Notes: generated by a model not told the origin, from the letters alone. A DNA stretch of 64,000 nt from an uncultured Polaribacter sp. (GCA_943846585.1 OX044349.1:1028008-1092007), one strand, 5' to 3'. Positions 37,630 through 48,859 are shown, numbered from the stretch's first letter. Numbers and translations: made by a program.

Positions 37630-38321
37630 CATATGCTTTTGAGTTATTTAAACAACAACTAAATAATATTTAATTTATATTCTTTCATTGCACTCAATGC
37701 AGCACCCTTTAATATTTTAAAATTTTAATGTTTTTCGTATTTAAATTATTTATATTAAAATTACTCTCTAAAATTACAACTAATCAATAACTAACGGTGC
37801 CTAATTACTTAACATAGAAGTTGCCCCCACGATTAGTTTCCAAGGAGATTAACCCAGTATACCATAAGATTTAACTAAAGTTACATTTGCTACTTTCCCT
37901 TGAATTATAATAACAGCTTAGGTTGTACGAATTTTTTCTAAAGTTTAGAGTCTACAGTTGCAGCTGAGATTACTAATTCATTTTTGAAGTAGGACCATCA
38001 ACACCAGTGCCAATAGTTTCATCTAAATCTTTAAAATCCTCCTTCATAGTTAAATTTATAGTATAAAATGGTTTATGCTGTTTTTATTGCAACTTTATAC
38101 CCTAGATCCCCAAATTTAATAAGTTTTTCTGTGATCCCTCTTATCGAATATTTTCTACCAAAATCAGTTTCTTTAACTCAAGTAATGCTTTTTGAATACT
38201 ATTACGCCAGGAATCACTAGATGCATCGCTAACAGTTTCTTAAATTGTTTTATTTGTGCAAACGAAATTTGAACAATCAACGCAAAGATTATCTTTAAAA
38301 TTCCATTAATTTCATTTTCAT
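37630..38321 (-). pseudogene. susC: Heavily decayed 5' fragment of a second susC paralogue
   Basis: With frameshifts reads MKMK-NGILKIIFALIVQISFAQ, IPGV, KETDFGRKYSI, LGYK, TINLTMKED..LDETIG, SAATVDSK, IQGKVANV, N*APLVI, LKGAA, VVV*ITQK, collinear with the intact SusC N-terminus; many stops; ends after the plug domain. Confidence 0.85.
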
Positions 38322-38433
38322 TTATTTTGAAATATTTCCTAATAAAATTAATTACTCTGCACCATCAAAAAAGTTTAAACATGCTAAATTTAAGTCAAGT
38401 TTTTTTCAAGAAACTTCTAGTTTACTTAATTAA

Positions 38434-40101
38434 TTAAAAATAGGTAACGAAGTTAATGTTAAGTGTAGATTTTTTGTAATCAAAGGATTGGTTGTTTATC
38501 CTCCCTATGGCATAATTTAAATTCACCTGTGAATTGTTTGTTAAAAATTGATAACCAGCGCCAATACTAACTGCTTTTTTTGAAGTATTTAGGTTTCTAA
38601 ATTGACCAAAATCAGTAATCGTATAAATGAAGGATTTTTTAGATGCTAAAAAACGATAAGAAACATTGAAAAAGGAGTATTTAGTAGCAAACAAACTTTG
38701 AGCATTAAATCCTCTGATCGATTTTTCGCCGCCAATTCGATACATTTCATTCTGTAAAAAAGAAGCTGAATTTAGATACCCCGAATTGTTGGCAACGGAC
38801 AAACTGTTTCTTTCGTTGAATTCAAAAATATAAGAAGCCAATAGCGCTATTTTTAATTGATTTTCAGTTTGTGAATTGGAGGTTCTTTGACCTATCTTAG
38901 GATTGAAAAGTAGTTGTGCTTTTTGGCTTGAAAACACATCTTTGAGCGGGACTTTGTATTGGAAGGAAACGCCAATAAACTGACTGTTAAAAGCGGTTGT
39001 TGTCTCTGTATCTAATGCTGCTGTTATTATTTTCGATGAAATGTAATCGTAATTTATAGCCAGTTGAGTGCTCTTATTTAGAAAGAGGCTGAAATCGGTC
39101 TTAAATGCAGTATTCAAAAAAGTACTATCTTGTTTATATAATGAGAATTCGAATCGACTACTTAATGGGGAGTTGTAAAGAAACGGAATGTACGTTTTCA
39201 AGTTCAATTCCTGTCTTTCTTGGTCAAAGCGATTCCATAAGAGTGTTAATTCCTCTCCGCGGTTAAAAACATTCTGTAACTTTATATCGAGATATCCATT
39301 TAATTGGAGCGCACCAGAGGCATCGGAGTTGAAATTTACCAATCCGTCAAAACTGCTATTTTGCTTCTTTTTTAGATAAAGATATACGAGTGTTGAATCT
39401 TTTTTGAATAAGGTTTCAATGGGTTTGGTTTGTGTTACAAAAGAAACAGCTTCCAGTCGTTTTGTAATCTCTTTCAATTTTGATTTTGTAAATACGGTTT
39501 GTGCATCTATTTTTAAAAAATGGGTCACAAACGATTTTGGAAATTTTTCAAAGCCTTTCACAATCACCGAATTGATCGTTCTTTTATTGGAACTTATAAT
39601 CTGAAGGTCGGCAAATAAAACAGTTTCTTTAACGAAGGTGTTTTTTAAAGAAGTTTCTGCAAATGAAAATCCTTTTGCATCTAGTTGCTGGGTGATTTCT
39701 TCTAAAGTGGTCTCTAAATTGGCTGCAGCAACTTCGAGTACCCCATTTTTTATGTTGAATTTTTTGAGTAATTGATAATGAAGGGAGTCAACAGATAGGA
39801 GGGCGGTTTCAATTTTTTCACCAAGACTATAAGTAACCTTTGTAGTGTCTTTTACAGTCAGAAATTTTTGAATTCGAACACTAAAATATCCAGCAGATTT
39901 TAATTGTTTTTCAATGCGTGATGTTTCCTTATATAAGGAGGTAATATCTAAATGTTTTTTTTGATATTGAATTGCAGAAAGTTCCGTCTTGTTTTTTTCT
40001 TGTTCAGTGAAGATTTTTAAGTTCAATTTCTGTCCCTGTACTTCCTTTGTAAAAAAGAAGCAACAAATACTAAGGAGGTAAAAAGTTGTTTTTGTATTCA
40101 A
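38434..40101 (-). CDS. Omp85/TamA-like outer-membrane protein (POTRA-like domains plus beta-barrel)
   Basis: Signal peptide; LKSAGYF and LDAKGFSFA POTRA-like helices; NVFNRGEEL; YRIGGEKSIRGF lid motif; ends VTYF. TTG start. Confidence 0.75.
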   Translation of the reverse strand: MNTKTTFYLLSICCFFFTKEVQGQKLNLKIFTEQEKNKTELSAIQYQKKHLDITSLYKETSRIEKQLKSAGYFSVRIQKFLTVKDTTKVTYSLGEKIETALLSVDSLHYQLLKKFNIKNGVLEVAAANLETTLEEITQQLDAKGFSFAETSLKNTFVKETVLFADLQIISSNKRTINSVIVKGFEKFPKSFVTHFLKIDAQTVFTKSKLKEITKRLEAVSFVTQTKPIETLFKKDSTLVYLYLKKKQNSSFDGLVNFNSDASGALQLNGYLDIKLQNVFNRGEELTLLWNRFDQERQELNLKTYIPFLYNSPLSSRFEFSLYKQDSTFLNTAFKTDFSLFLNKSTQLAINYDYISSKIITAALDTETTTAFNSQFIGVSFQYKVPLKDVFSSQKAQLLFNPKIGQRTSNSQTENQLKIALLASYIFEFNERNSLSVANNSGYLNSASFLQNEMYRIGGEKSIRGFNAQSLFATKYSFFNVSYRFLASKKSFIYTITDFGQFRNLNTSKKAVSIGAGYQFLTNNSQVNLNYAIGRINNQSFDYKKSTLNINFVTYF

Positions 40102-40190
40102 AATAAGATGAAATTAATGATTCAAAAGTAAAATAAAAAGAAGGAAAAGCATTCTAAAAGGGTCATTTTTAAAAAAATAACTCGCTCCTA

Positions 40191-40221
40191 TTTGTATACC
40201 TAGAAATTAGTCGTACATTTG
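40191..40221 (+). promoter_or_regulatory. Sigma-A promoter of the str operon
   Basis: TTTG (40191-40194), 19-nt spacer, TACATTTG (40214-40221): full Bacteroidota -33/-7 consensus. Confidence 0.85.
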
Positions 40222-40278
40222 CGCACTCTTAGAAAATAAGAGAAGGTTTAATATAAACGAAAACAAGAATTATTTAGT

Positions 40279-40653
40279 ATGCCAACTATTCAACAATTAG
40301 TTCGTAAAGGAAGAACCAAAATAACTAAGAAGAGTAAATCGGCTGCTTTGTCGTCTTGTCCTCAAAGACGTGGAGTTTGTACACGTGTTTATACTACAAC
40401 ACCAAAGAAACCTAATTCAGCAATGCGTAAAGTTGCAAGAGTTAGATTGACCAATGGTAATGAGATAAACGCATACATTCCAGGTGAAGGACATAATCTA
40501 CAGGAGCATTCGATAGTATTAGTTAGAGGTGGAAGGGTAAAGGATTTGCCAGGAGTTAAGTATCACGTAGTACGTGGTGCATTAGATACAGCGGGAGTTG
40601 AGGGGAGAACCCAAAGACGATCAAAGTACGGAGCAAAACGCCCAAAGAAGTAA
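40279..40653 (+). CDS. rpsL: 30S ribosomal protein S12
   Basis: [18 protein letters not shown]. Confidence 0.99.
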   Translation: MPTIQQLVRKGRTKITKKSKSAALSSCPQRRGVCTRVYTTTPKKPNSAMRKVARVRLTNGNEINAYIPGEGHNLQEHSIVLVRGGRVKDLPGVKYHVVRGALDTAGVEGRTQRRSKYGAKRPKK

Positions 40654-40680
40654 TTATTTTAACTTTTTTAATGTAAAGAC

Positions 40681-41160
40681 ATGAGAAAAAGAAGAGCGAA
40701 AAAAAGAGTCCTATTACCGGACCCAAAGTTTAACGATCAGTTAGCAACACGTTTTGTGAACAACTTAATGTGGGCAGGTAAGAAGTCTGTAGCGTTCAAA
40801 GTATTTTATGATGCACTAGACATCGTAGAACAGAAAAAAGGAGAAGATGAAGAGAAATCATCTTTAGAATTGTGGAAAGAAGGATTGTCACATGTAATGC
40901 CTCACGTAGAAGTAAGATCTCGTCGTGTTGGTGGAGCAACATTCCAAATTCCAATGCAAATTAGACCAGATCGTAAAGTATCTATGGCGATTAAATGGAT
41001 GATTCTTTATGCTAGAAAGCGTAATGAAAAAACCATGGCTCAAAGATTAGCTGCTGAAATTTTAGCTGCTGCTAAAGAAGAAGGTGCTGCTGTTAAAAAG
41101 CGTACTGATACTCACAAAATGGCAGAAGCGAACAAGGCATTCTCTCACTTTAGATTTTAA
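40681..41160 (+). CDS. rpsG: 30S ribosomal protein S7
   Basis: [24 protein letters not shown]. Confidence 0.99.
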   Translation: MRKRRAKKRVLLPDPKFNDQLATRFVNNLMWAGKKSVAFKVFYDALDIVEQKKGEDEEKSSLELWKEGLSHVMPHVEVRSRRVGGATFQIPMQIRPDRKVSMAIKWMILYARKRNEKTMAQRLAAEILAAAKEEGAAVKKRTDTHKMAEANKAFSHFRF

Positions 41161-41165
41161 TAGAA

Positions 41166-43283
41166 ATGGCTAGAGATTTAAAATTCACAAGAAATATTGG
41201 TATTGCAGCGCACATTGATGCGGGTAAGACTACAACAACAGAACGTGTATTGTACTACACAGGAGTTTCTCACAAGATTGGAGAAGTTCATGATGGTGCA
41301 GCTACAATGGACTGGATGGAGCAAGAGCAAGAAAGAGGTATTACAATTACTTCTGCTGCTACAACTTGTACATGGGACTTTCCAATAGAAAACGGAGAAA
41401 AAACCCCAGATACAAAAGGGTATCACTTTAATATTATTGATACACCAGGTCACGTAGATTTTACTGTAGAAGTAAATAGATCTTTACGTGTTTTGGATGG
41501 TTTAGTTTTCTTATTTTCTGCTGTTGATGGTGTTGAGCCTCAATCAGAAACAAACTGGAGATTAGCCGACAACTATAAAGTACCAAGAATTGGTTTCGTT
41601 AATAAAATGGACCGTCAGGGATCTGACTTTTTAGGAGTTTGTCAACAAGTAAAAGATATGTTAAAATCAAACGCGGTGCCAATCGTTTTAAACATTGGTG
41701 ACGAAGATGAATTTAAAGGTATCATTGATTTAGTTAAGAATCGTGCTATTGTATGGCATGATGCAACTCAGGGAGCAACATTCGATGTGATCGAAATTCC
41801 TGAAGATATGAAAGAAGAAGCTCGTAAGTACCGTGCACTTTTAATTGAAGAAGTAGCAAGTTATGATGAGAATCTTTTAGAAAAATTCATGGAAGATGAA
41901 GATTCTATTACAGAAGAAGAAGTGCACAATGCATTAAGAGCTGCTGTAATGGACATGGCCATCATTCCAATGATTTGTGGATCTGCATTTAAAAACAAAG
42001 GAGTACAGTTTCTTTTAGACGCTGTATGTCGTTACTTGCCTTCTCCAATGGATAAGGAAGGTATTGTAGGTACAAATCCTGATACTGAGCAAGAAGAAAT
42101 ACGTAAGCCAAGTGTTGACGAGCCTTTTGCTGCATTGGCATTTAAGATTGCTACGGATCCTTTTGTAGGACGTTTGGCTTTCTTTAGAGCATATTCGGGT
42201 CGTTTAGATGCGGGTTCTTATGTGTTAAACAACCGTTCAGGTAAAAAAGAGCGTATCTCTCGTATTTATCAAATGCATGCAAATAAGCAAAATGCAATTG
42301 ACTATATTGAGGCTGGGGATATTGGTGCTGCTGTTGGATTTAAATCCATCAAAACAGGAGACACATTATCTGCTGAGAAATTTCCAATCGTATTAGAATC
42401 GATGGACTTCCCAGATCCAGTAATTGGTATTGCTGTAGAACCAAAAACGAAAGCAGATGTTGATAAGTTAGGAATTGGACTTGGTAAATTAGCCGAAGAA
42501 GATCCCACATTCACTGTGCGTTCAGACGAAGCTTCAGGACAAACGATTATTTCTGGAATGGGAGAATTACATTTAGATGTAATTGTAGACCGTCTAAAAC
42601 GTGAGTTTAAAGTTGAAGTAAACCAAGGACAACCTCAAGTTGAGTATAAGGAAGCAATTACTGCTGCTGCAGACCATAGAGAAGTTTATAAGAAACAATC
42701 TGGTGGACGTGGTAAGTTTGCAGATATTGTATTTACAATAGAGCCTGCAGATGAAGGTGTACAAGGTTTACAGTTTGAGTCAGTAATTAAAGGTGGTAAC
42801 GTTCCTCGTGAATTTGTTCCTTCTGTAGAGAAAGGATTTAGAGAAGCAATGAAGAACGGTCCTTTAGCAGGATACGAAATGGATTCAATGAAAGTTACTT
42901 TAAAAGACGGTTCTTTCCACGCAGTGGATTCGGATGCTTTGTCTTTTGAATTGGCAGCAAAAATGGGATATAAAGCTTCTGCTAAGTCAGCAAAAGCAAA
43001 AATCATGGAGCCATTGATGAAATTGGAAGTATTAACTCCTGAAGAAAACATGGGAGATATCGTAGGAGATTTAAACAGAAGAAGAGGTCAAGTAAATGAC
43101 ATGAGTGATCGTAATGGATCTAAAGTTGTAAAAGCATTAGTACCCTTATCAGAAATGTTCGGTTATGTAACTGCTTTAAGAACAATGTCTTCTGGTAGAG
43201 CTACTTCTACAATGGAATTTTCACACTATACTGAAACGCCTTCAAATGTATCTGAAGATGTTATCGCAAAAGCTAAAGGTTAA
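41166..43283 (+). CDS. fusA: Elongation factor G
   Basis: [30 protein letters not shown]. Confidence 0.99.
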   Translation: MARDLKFTRNIGIAAHIDAGKTTTTERVLYYTGVSHKIGEVHDGAATMDWMEQEQERGITITSAATTCTWDFPIENGEKTPDTKGYHFNIIDTPGHVDFTVEVNRSLRVLDGLVFLFSAVDGVEPQSETNWRLADNYKVPRIGFVNKMDRQGSDFLGVCQQVKDMLKSNAVPIVLNIGDEDEFKGIIDLVKNRAIVWHDATQGATFDVIEIPEDMKEEARKYRALLIEEVASYDENLLEKFMEDEDSITEEEVHNALRAAVMDMAIIPMICGSAFKNKGVQFLLDAVCRYLPSPMDKEGIVGTNPDTEQEEIRKPSVDEPFAALAFKIATDPFVGRLAFFRAYSGRLDAGSYVLNNRSGKKERISRIYQMHANKQNAIDYIEAGDIGAAVGFKSIKTGDTLSAEKFPIVLESMDFPDPVIGIAVEPKTKADVDKLGIGLGKLAEEDPTFTVRSDEASGQTIISGMGELHLDVIVDRLKREFKVEVNQGQPQVEYKEAITAAADHREVYKKQSGGRGKFADIVFTIEPADEGVQGLQFESVIKGGNVPREFVPSVEKGFREAMKNGPLAGYEMDSMKVTLKDGSFHAVDSDALSFELAAKMGYKASAKSAKAKIMEPLMKLEVLTPEENMGDIVGDLNRRRGQVNDMSDRNGSKVVKALVPLSEMFGYVTALRTMSSGRATSTMEFSHYTETPSNVSEDVIAKAKG

Positions 43284-43301
43284 TCTACAAATAGAATTAA
43301 G

Positions 43302-43607
43302 ATGAGTCAAAAAATTAGAATTAAATTAAAGTCTTATGATTATAACTTAGTAGATAAATCTGCTGAAAAAATCGTAAAGACGGTAAAAAGTACAGGTGCT
43401 GTTGTAAACGGACCAATACCATTACCAACACATAAAAAGATTTTTACTGTTTTACGTTCTCCACACGTTAACAAAAAATCAAGAGAGCAATTTCAATTAT
43501 CTGCTTACAAAAGATTATTAGACATTTATAGTTCTTCTTCAAAAACTATTGATGCTTTAATGAAACTTGAGTTACCAAGTGGTGTTGAAGTTGAGATCAA
43601 AGTATAA
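43302..43607 (+). CDS. rpsJ: 30S ribosomal protein S10
   Basis: [30 protein letters not shown]. Confidence 0.99.
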   Translation: MSQKIRIKLKSYDYNLVDKSAEKIVKTVKSTGAVVNGPIPLPTHKKIFTVLRSPHVNKKSREQFQLSAYKRLLDIYSSSSKTIDALMKLELPSGVEVEIKV

Positions 43608-43628
43608 TTATATATTACATATAATTTT

Positions 43629-43661
43629 AAAAAAAATAGGCTATTAAGCCTATTTTTTTTT
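43629..43661 (+). terminator. Intrinsic terminator after rpsJ
   Basis: A8-TAGGC(TATTAA)GCCTA-T9. Confidence 0.88.
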
Positions 43662-43841
43662 GCTTTACATTTTACGAAAAACAGGATTATAATTTGCAAA
43701 TAAAATAATTATCAATTTTATTTTTTCTTTAGAGCATCTACATCCTCTCTATTTTATATGCAGTATTTTACTTTTTTCGTAATTTTTTTGTTTTCAACTT
43801 TTTTTTATCAGATAGCAGGATAGATTTTTTTTATCTTACTA

Positions 43842-43872
43842 CTTGAAAATCAGAATAAATTTAGTACATTTG
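43842..43872 (+). promoter_or_regulatory. Sigma-A promoter for rplC operon
   Basis: CTTG (43842-43845), 19-nt spacer, TACATTTG (43865-43872). Confidence 0.8.
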
Positions 43873-43879
43873 CAACCTG

Positions 43880-44114
43880 TTAATGGGAAATTTATGTCTT
43901 TTTTAGTCATTTCTCCAGTATTAATAGGGATTAAACACATGTCCAGCGCGTTTCGCAAAGGAAAGACGGAAAAACAAAATCAGCGTTGAATTTGTTTTGC
44001 GCTTTTTTTTATGTTGATTTTCAAAAGGCATGAATACCGAAACAGTAGTTTCAAACAAGTAATTATTAATAGAGACGCGCTGGATAAATATCTATCGTCT
44101 AAAATTTTAACTAA
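43880..44114 (+). promoter_or_regulatory. Structured 5' leader of rplC, candidate attenuator or r-protein leader
   Basis: 15-bp helix 43940-43954/44072-44086 (two G:U pairs), competing hairpins, U8 at 44003-44010, uORF 43939-43989. Confidence 0.6.
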
Positions 44115-44732
44115 ATGTCTGGGTTAATAGGAAGAAAAATTGGGATGACCAGCTTATTCGACGAAAACGGGAAGAACATTCCTTGTACAGTAATCGAAGC
44201 AGGTCCTTGTGTTGTCACCCAAGTCAGAACCGAAGCGGTTGACGGATACAATGCGTTACAACTTGGTTTCGATGACAAAAAAGCAAAAAGCTCAAATAAA
44301 GCTTTAGATGGCCACTTTAAAAAAGCGGGAGCCACTGCGAAAAGAAAAGTCATTGAATTTCAAGGATTTGAAGAAGAGTATAAATTAGGAGATGCGATTT
44401 CAGTATCACTTTTTGAGGAAGGTGAATTTGTTGATGTATCGGGTACTTCTAAAGGTAAAGGATTCCAAGGGGTTGTAAAACGTCATGGATTTGCCGGAGT
44501 TGGTCAAGCAACACACGGACAACATAACCGTCTAAGAGCGCCAGGATCAATTGGAGCAGCATCTTACCCTGCAAGAGTATTCAAAGGAATGCGTATGGGA
44601 GGTAGAATGGGTGGAGACACCGTTAAAGTACAAAATCTAAAAGTATTAAAAGTAGTTGCTGAAAAGAACTTACTTGTTGTTAAAGGAGCAGTTCCTGGAC
44701 ACAAAAATGCTTACGTAACTATTCAGAAATAA
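44115..44732 (+). CDS. rplC: 50S ribosomal protein L3
   Basis: [26 protein letters not shown]. Confidence 0.99.
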   Translation: MSGLIGRKIGMTSLFDENGKNIPCTVIEAGPCVVTQVRTEAVDGYNALQLGFDDKKAKSSNKALDGHFKKAGATAKRKVIEFQGFEEEYKLGDAISVSLFEEGEFVDVSGTSKGKGFQGVVKRHGFAGVGQATHGQHNRLRAPGSIGAASYPARVFKGMRMGGRMGGDTVKVQNLKVLKVVAEKNLLVVKGAVPGHKNAYVTIQK

Positions 44733-45361
44733 TGAAAGTAGCAGTTTTAGATATTACAGGAAAAGATACAGGTAGGAAAGTAGAACTTTCTAGCGATGTA
44801 TTCGAAATAGAGCCAAACAATCATGCAATTTACTTAGATGTAAAGCAACATTTGGCAAACAAAAGACAGGGAACTCACAAATCGAAAGAAAGAGCTGAGA
44901 TTACTGGAAGTACAAGAAAAATCAAAAAACAAAAAGGAACTGGTACTGCAAGAGCAGGATCTATCAAGTCTGGTGTTTTTAGAGGTGGAGGACGTATGTT
45001 CGGACCAAGACCTAGAGATTATTCTTTCAAACTAAACAAAAACTTAAAACGTTTAGCCCGTAAATCGGCTTTAAGTACACAAGCAAAAGAAAACAACTTA
45101 GTCGTTGTTGAAAACTTTGATTTTGATACACCAAAAACAAAGAATTTTGTAACGGTATTGAAAGCATTAGGGTTAGAAGACAAGAAGTCTTTGTTTGTGT
45201 TGTCTGGAGCAAATAACAATGTGTATTTGTCATCAAGAAATTTAACAAGAACTCAGGTTATAAATGGGTCTGACATTAGTACTTACGGTGTTTTAAACGC
45301 TGGTAAAGTAGTATTTACGGAAGGTTCTTTAGAGGTAATTGAGTCAAACTTTAGCAAATAA
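44732..45361 (+). CDS. rplD: 50S ribosomal protein L4
   Basis: [24 protein letters not shown]. Confidence 0.99.
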   Translation: MKVAVLDITGKDTGRKVELSSDVFEIEPNNHAIYLDVKQHLANKRQGTHKSKERAEITGSTRKIKKQKGTGTARAGSIKSGVFRGGGRMFGPRPRDYSFKLNKNLKRLARKSALSTQAKENNLVVVENFDFDTPKTKNFVTVLKALGLEDKKSLFVLSGANNNVYLSSRNLTRTQVINGSDISTYGVLNAGKVVFTEGSLEVIESNFSK

Positions 45362-45366
45362 TAGAT

Positions 45367-45657
45367 ATGAGTATTTTAATAAAACCTATTATTACGGAAA
45401 AAGCGACAAAAGATAGCGAGGTATTCAATCGTTATACATTTGTTGTAGATAAAAAAGCTAACAAAATAGAAATTAAAGGAGCTGTTGAAGCAGCCTACGG
45501 AGTTTCTATTTCAAGCGTTAAAACTTTAAATTATCCAATTCAAAGAAATACCAAGTTTACTAAAAAAGGTTTAGTAACAGGTGTCAAGAGTGGGTACAAA
45601 AAAGCAATAGTGCAGTTAGCAGAAGGGGATAGTATTGATTTTTATAGCAATATTTAA
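45367..45657 (+). CDS. rplW: 50S ribosomal protein L23
   Basis: IKPIITEKA, ANKIEIK, YKKAIV. Confidence 0.98.
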   Translation: MSILIKPIITEKATKDSEVFNRYTFVVDKKANKIEIKGAVEAAYGVSISSVKTLNYPIQRNTKFTKKGLVTGVKSGYKKAIVQLAEGDSIDFYSNI

Positions 45658-45669
45658 GAAAAGACAAAA

Positions 45670-46494
45670 ATGTCAGTTAGAAAATTAAAACCAATAACAC
45701 CAGGTCAGCGTTTTAGAGTTGTAAATGGGTTCGACGCCATAACAACTGATAAGCCGGAGAAAAGTTTACTTGCTCCGAAAAAAAGATCTGGAGGTCGAAA
45801 CAATCAGGGAAGAATGACAACTCGTAATATCGGAGGTGGTCATAAACAAAAGTATCGTATTATCGATTTCAAAAGAGATAAACACAATATCCCTGCAACA
45901 GTAAAAACAATAGAATACGATCCAAATCGTACTGCATTTATTGCACTATTAAGTTATGCTGATGGAGAAAAACGTTATGTAATTGCACAAAACGGTTTAG
46001 AAGTAGGTCAAACAGTAGTATCAGGAAGCAAGGTTGCTCCAGAAGTTGGAAACACCATGTTACTGAGTGAAATTCCATTAGGAACTACAATTTCATGTAT
46101 TGAATTACATCCAGGTCAAGGAGCTGTTATGGCGCGTTCTGCAGGTTCTTTTGCACAGTTAATGGCAAGAGACGGTAAGTATGCAACCATTAAGTTGCCT
46201 TCAGGAGAAACAAGACTTGTTTTATTGACTTGTAATGCTACAATTGGAGTTGTATCTAATTCAGATCACCAATTACTTGTATCAGGGAAAGCCGGTAGAA
46301 GAAGATGGTTAGGTAGAAGACCAAGAGTGAACGCTGTAAGAATGAACCCTGTCGATCACCCAATGGGAGGTGGAGAAGGTAGAGCTTCTGGTGGACATCC
46401 AAGATCTAGAAATGGAATACCTGCCAAAGGATTCAAGACAAGATCTAAGAAGAAAGCAAGTAATAAATACATTATAGAACGTAGAAAGAAATAA
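45670..46494 (+). CDS. rplB: 50S ribosomal protein L2
   Basis: [26 protein letters not shown]. Confidence 0.99.
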   Translation: MSVRKLKPITPGQRFRVVNGFDAITTDKPEKSLLAPKKRSGGRNNQGRMTTRNIGGGHKQKYRIIDFKRDKHNIPATVKTIEYDPNRTAFIALLSYADGEKRYVIAQNGLEVGQTVVSGSKVAPEVGNTMLLSEIPLGTTISCIELHPGQGAVMARSAGSFAQLMARDGKYATIKLPSGETRLVLLTCNATIGVVSNSDHQLLVSGKAGRRRWLGRRPRVNAVRMNPVDHPMGGGEGRASGGHPRSRNGIPAKGFKTRSKKKASNKYIIERRKK

Positions 46495-46497
46495 ATT

Positions 46498-46776
46498 ATG
46501 GCAAGATCATTAAAAAAAGGACCTTTCGTTCACTATAAATTAGAGAAAAAAGTGTTAGCCAATGTGGAAGCAGGAAACAAATCAGTAATTAAAACTTGGT
46601 CTAGAGCAAGTATGATTACTCCTGATTTCGTTGGACAGACAATTGCAGTTCATAATGGACGTCAGTTTGTACCTGTATATGTTACAGAAAACATGGTAGG
46701 TCATAAGTTAGGCGAATTTTCACCAACACGTTCGTTTAGAGGACATGCAGGTGCAAAAAATAAAGGTAAAAAATAG
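46498..46776 (+). CDS. rpsS: 30S ribosomal protein S19
   Basis: [25 protein letters not shown]. Confidence 0.99.
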   Translation: MARSLKKGPFVHYKLEKKVLANVEAGNKSVIKTWSRASMITPDFVGQTIAVHNGRQFVPVYVTENMVGHKLGEFSPTRSFRGHAGAKNKGKK

Positions 46777-46781
46777 CAGCT

Positions 46782-47186
46782 ATGGGAGTTCGTAAAAAAA
46801 ATATGGCAGATCAGTTAAAAGAAGCTAGAAAGCAAAGAGCTTTCGCAAAGCTTACTAACTGCCCTACATCACCAAGGAAAATGCGTTTAGTAGCTAATCA
46901 AGTAAGAGGCGTTGAAGTTGAAAAAGCTTTACAAATTTTAAAATTTAGCCCGAAAGAAGCATCTATAAATTTAGAGAAATTGTTATTGTCTGCAATCGCA
47001 AACTGGCAAGCTAAAAATGCAGAAGCTAGTATCGAAGAAGCAGGATTGTTTGTAAAAACAATTTGTGTAGACAGCGCAGGAATGTTAAAAAGGTTAAGAC
47101 CAGCTCCACAGGGGCGTGCTCATAGAATTCGTAAGCGTTCTAATCACGTTACTTTAGAGTTAGGTAGTAAAAATAAAAGTAATTAA
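46782..47186 (+). CDS. rplV: 50S ribosomal protein L22
   Basis: [24 protein letters not shown]. Confidence 0.98.
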   Translation: MGVRKKNMADQLKEARKQRAFAKLTNCPTSPRKMRLVANQVRGVEVEKALQILKFSPKEASINLEKLLLSAIANWQAKNAEASIEEAGLFVKTICVDSAGMLKRLRPAPQGRAHRIRKRSNHVTLELGSKNKSN

Positions 47187-47197
47187 TCAAAGTAGAA

Positions 47198-47923
47198 ATG
47201 GGACAAAAAACGAATCCAATAGGAAATCGATTAGGAATCATCAGAGGTTGGGAATCTAACTGGTACGGTGGAAATGACTACGGAGATAAGATTGCTGAAG
47301 ATGACAAAATAAGAAAGTATGTAAATGCTCGATTATTTAAGGCAAGTGTATCAAGAGTAATTATTGAGCGTACGCTTAAACTTGTAACCGTTACTATCAC
47401 CACTGCACGTCCAGGTATCATTATTGGTAAAGGAGGTCAAGAGGTAGACAAGTTAAAAGAAGAGCTTAAGAAAATTACAGGGAAAGAAGTTCAAATTAAT
47501 ATTTTCGAAATTAAACGTCCAGAATTAGATGCTAAATTAGTAGCTGCTAGTGTTGCACGTCAAATAGAAAATAGAATTTCTTACAAGAGAGCTATTAAAA
47601 TGGCAATCCAAGCAACCATGCGTATGAATGCTGAAGGAATCAAAATTCAGATTTCAGGGCGTTTAAATGGAGCTGAGATGGCACGTTCAGAGCACTTTAA
47701 AGAAGGTAGAATTCCGTTGTCTACTTTTAGAGCAGATATCGATTATGCACTTGTAGAATCTCATACTACCTATGGAAGATTAGGAGTAAAGGTATGGATT
47801 ATGAAAGGTGAGGTATATGGGAAGAGAGAATTATCTCCATTGGTAGGATTGTCTAAGAAACAATCAGGACCTAAAGGTGGTGACAGATCGAAACGTCAAC
47901 AACCTCGTAGTAGAAGAAAATAA
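47198..47923 (+). CDS. rpsC: 30S ribosomal protein S3
   Basis: [29 protein letters not shown]. Confidence 0.99.
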   Translation: MGQKTNPIGNRLGIIRGWESNWYGGNDYGDKIAEDDKIRKYVNARLFKASVSRVIIERTLKLVTVTITTARPGIIIGKGGQEVDKLKEELKKITGKEVQINIFEIKRPELDAKLVAASVARQIENRISYKRAIKMAIQATMRMNAEGIKIQISGRLNGAEMARSEHFKEGRIPLSTFRADIDYALVESHTTYGRLGVKVWIMKGEVYGKRELSPLVGLSKKQSGPKGGDRSKRQQPRSRRK

Positions 47924-47945
47924 TTTTTAAAATTAGAAATTAAAA

Positions 47946-48377
47946 ATGTTACAGCCAAAAAGAGTAAAATACCGTAAGGTTCAGAAGGCGAAAGGAAATA
48001 TGAATGGTAATTCTATGAGAGGGAATCAACTTTCTAATGGAATGTTTGGAATTAAATCCATAGACCAGAACTTATTGACTTCACGTCAGATAGAGGCAGC
48101 TCGTATTGCGGCAACTCGTCACATGAAGAGAGAGGGTCAGTTATGGATTAAAGTTTTTCCAGACAAGCCGATTACTGCAAAACCTTTAGAAGTACGTATG
48201 GGTAAGGGAAAAGGAGCTCCTTCTCATTTCGTAGCAGTGATAAAGCCAGGAAGAATCTTGTTTGAAATTGGTGGTGTGCCAATGAATGTAGCCAAAGAGG
48301 CGTTACGTTTAGCAGCACAAAAGCTTCCGGTAAGAACGAAGTTTGTAATCGCAAGAGATTTTGATATTAACGCATAA
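47946..48377 (+). CDS. rplP: 50S ribosomal protein L16
   Basis: [21 protein letters not shown]. Confidence 0.99.
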   Translation: MLQPKRVKYRKVQKAKGNMNGNSMRGNQLSNGMFGIKSIDQNLLTSRQIEAARIAATRHMKREGQLWIKVFPDKPITAKPLEVRMGKGKGAPSHFVAVIKPGRILFEIGGVPMNVAKEALRLAAQKLPVRTKFVIARDFDINA

Positions 48378-48388
48378 TTCTAAAACAT

Positions 48389-48580
48389 ATGAAACAATCA
48401 GAAATTAAAGAATTAGCTACAGTAGCTCTTAACGAGAAGCTTGCAGCGTTTCAAAAGAATTATACCGATCTTAAGATGGCACATGCCATAACGCCAATGG
48501 AGAACCCATTACAGTTAAGAGGCTTAAGAAGAACTGTCGCAAGAATTGCAACAGAATTAACAAAAAGAGAATTACAATAA
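48389..48580 (+). CDS. rpmC: 50S ribosomal protein L29
   Basis: 63 aa, ENP..LR.LRRTVARIAT; operon position. Confidence 0.97.
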   Translation: MKQSEIKELATVALNEKLAAFQKNYTDLKMAHAITPMENPLQLRGLRRTVARIATELTKRELQ

Positions 48581-48600
48581 TTCTATAGTCAGTTTTAAAG

Positions 48601-48858
48601 ATGGAAAAAAGAAATCTTAGAAAAGAGAGAATTGGTGTTGTTTCTAGCAGCAAAATGGAGAAATCTATTGTTGTCGCTGAAGTGAAAAGAGTAAAGCACC
48701 CGATGTACGGAAAGTTCGTATTAAAGACTAAGAAGTACGTTGCGCACGACGAAAAGAACGATTGCAACGAAGGAGATACTGTTAGGATCATGGAAACAAA
48801 GCCTATGAGTAAATCAAAACGTTGGAGATTAGTAGAAATCCTAGAAAGAGCTAAATAA
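48601..48858 (+). CDS. rpsQ: 30S ribosomal protein S17
   Basis: [26 protein letters not shown]. Confidence 0.99.
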   Translation: MEKRNLRKERIGVVSSSKMEKSIVVAEVKRVKHPMYGKFVLKTKKYVAHDEKNDCNEGDTVRIMETKPMSKSKRWRLVEILERAK

Positions 48859-48859
48859 T

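Noticed and set aside
43672-43782. 10-bp inverted repeat TTACGAAAAA / TTTTTCGTAA flanking ~90 bp, a possible MITE
   Set aside because: Short, very AT-rich, no target-site duplication and no second copy in the window.
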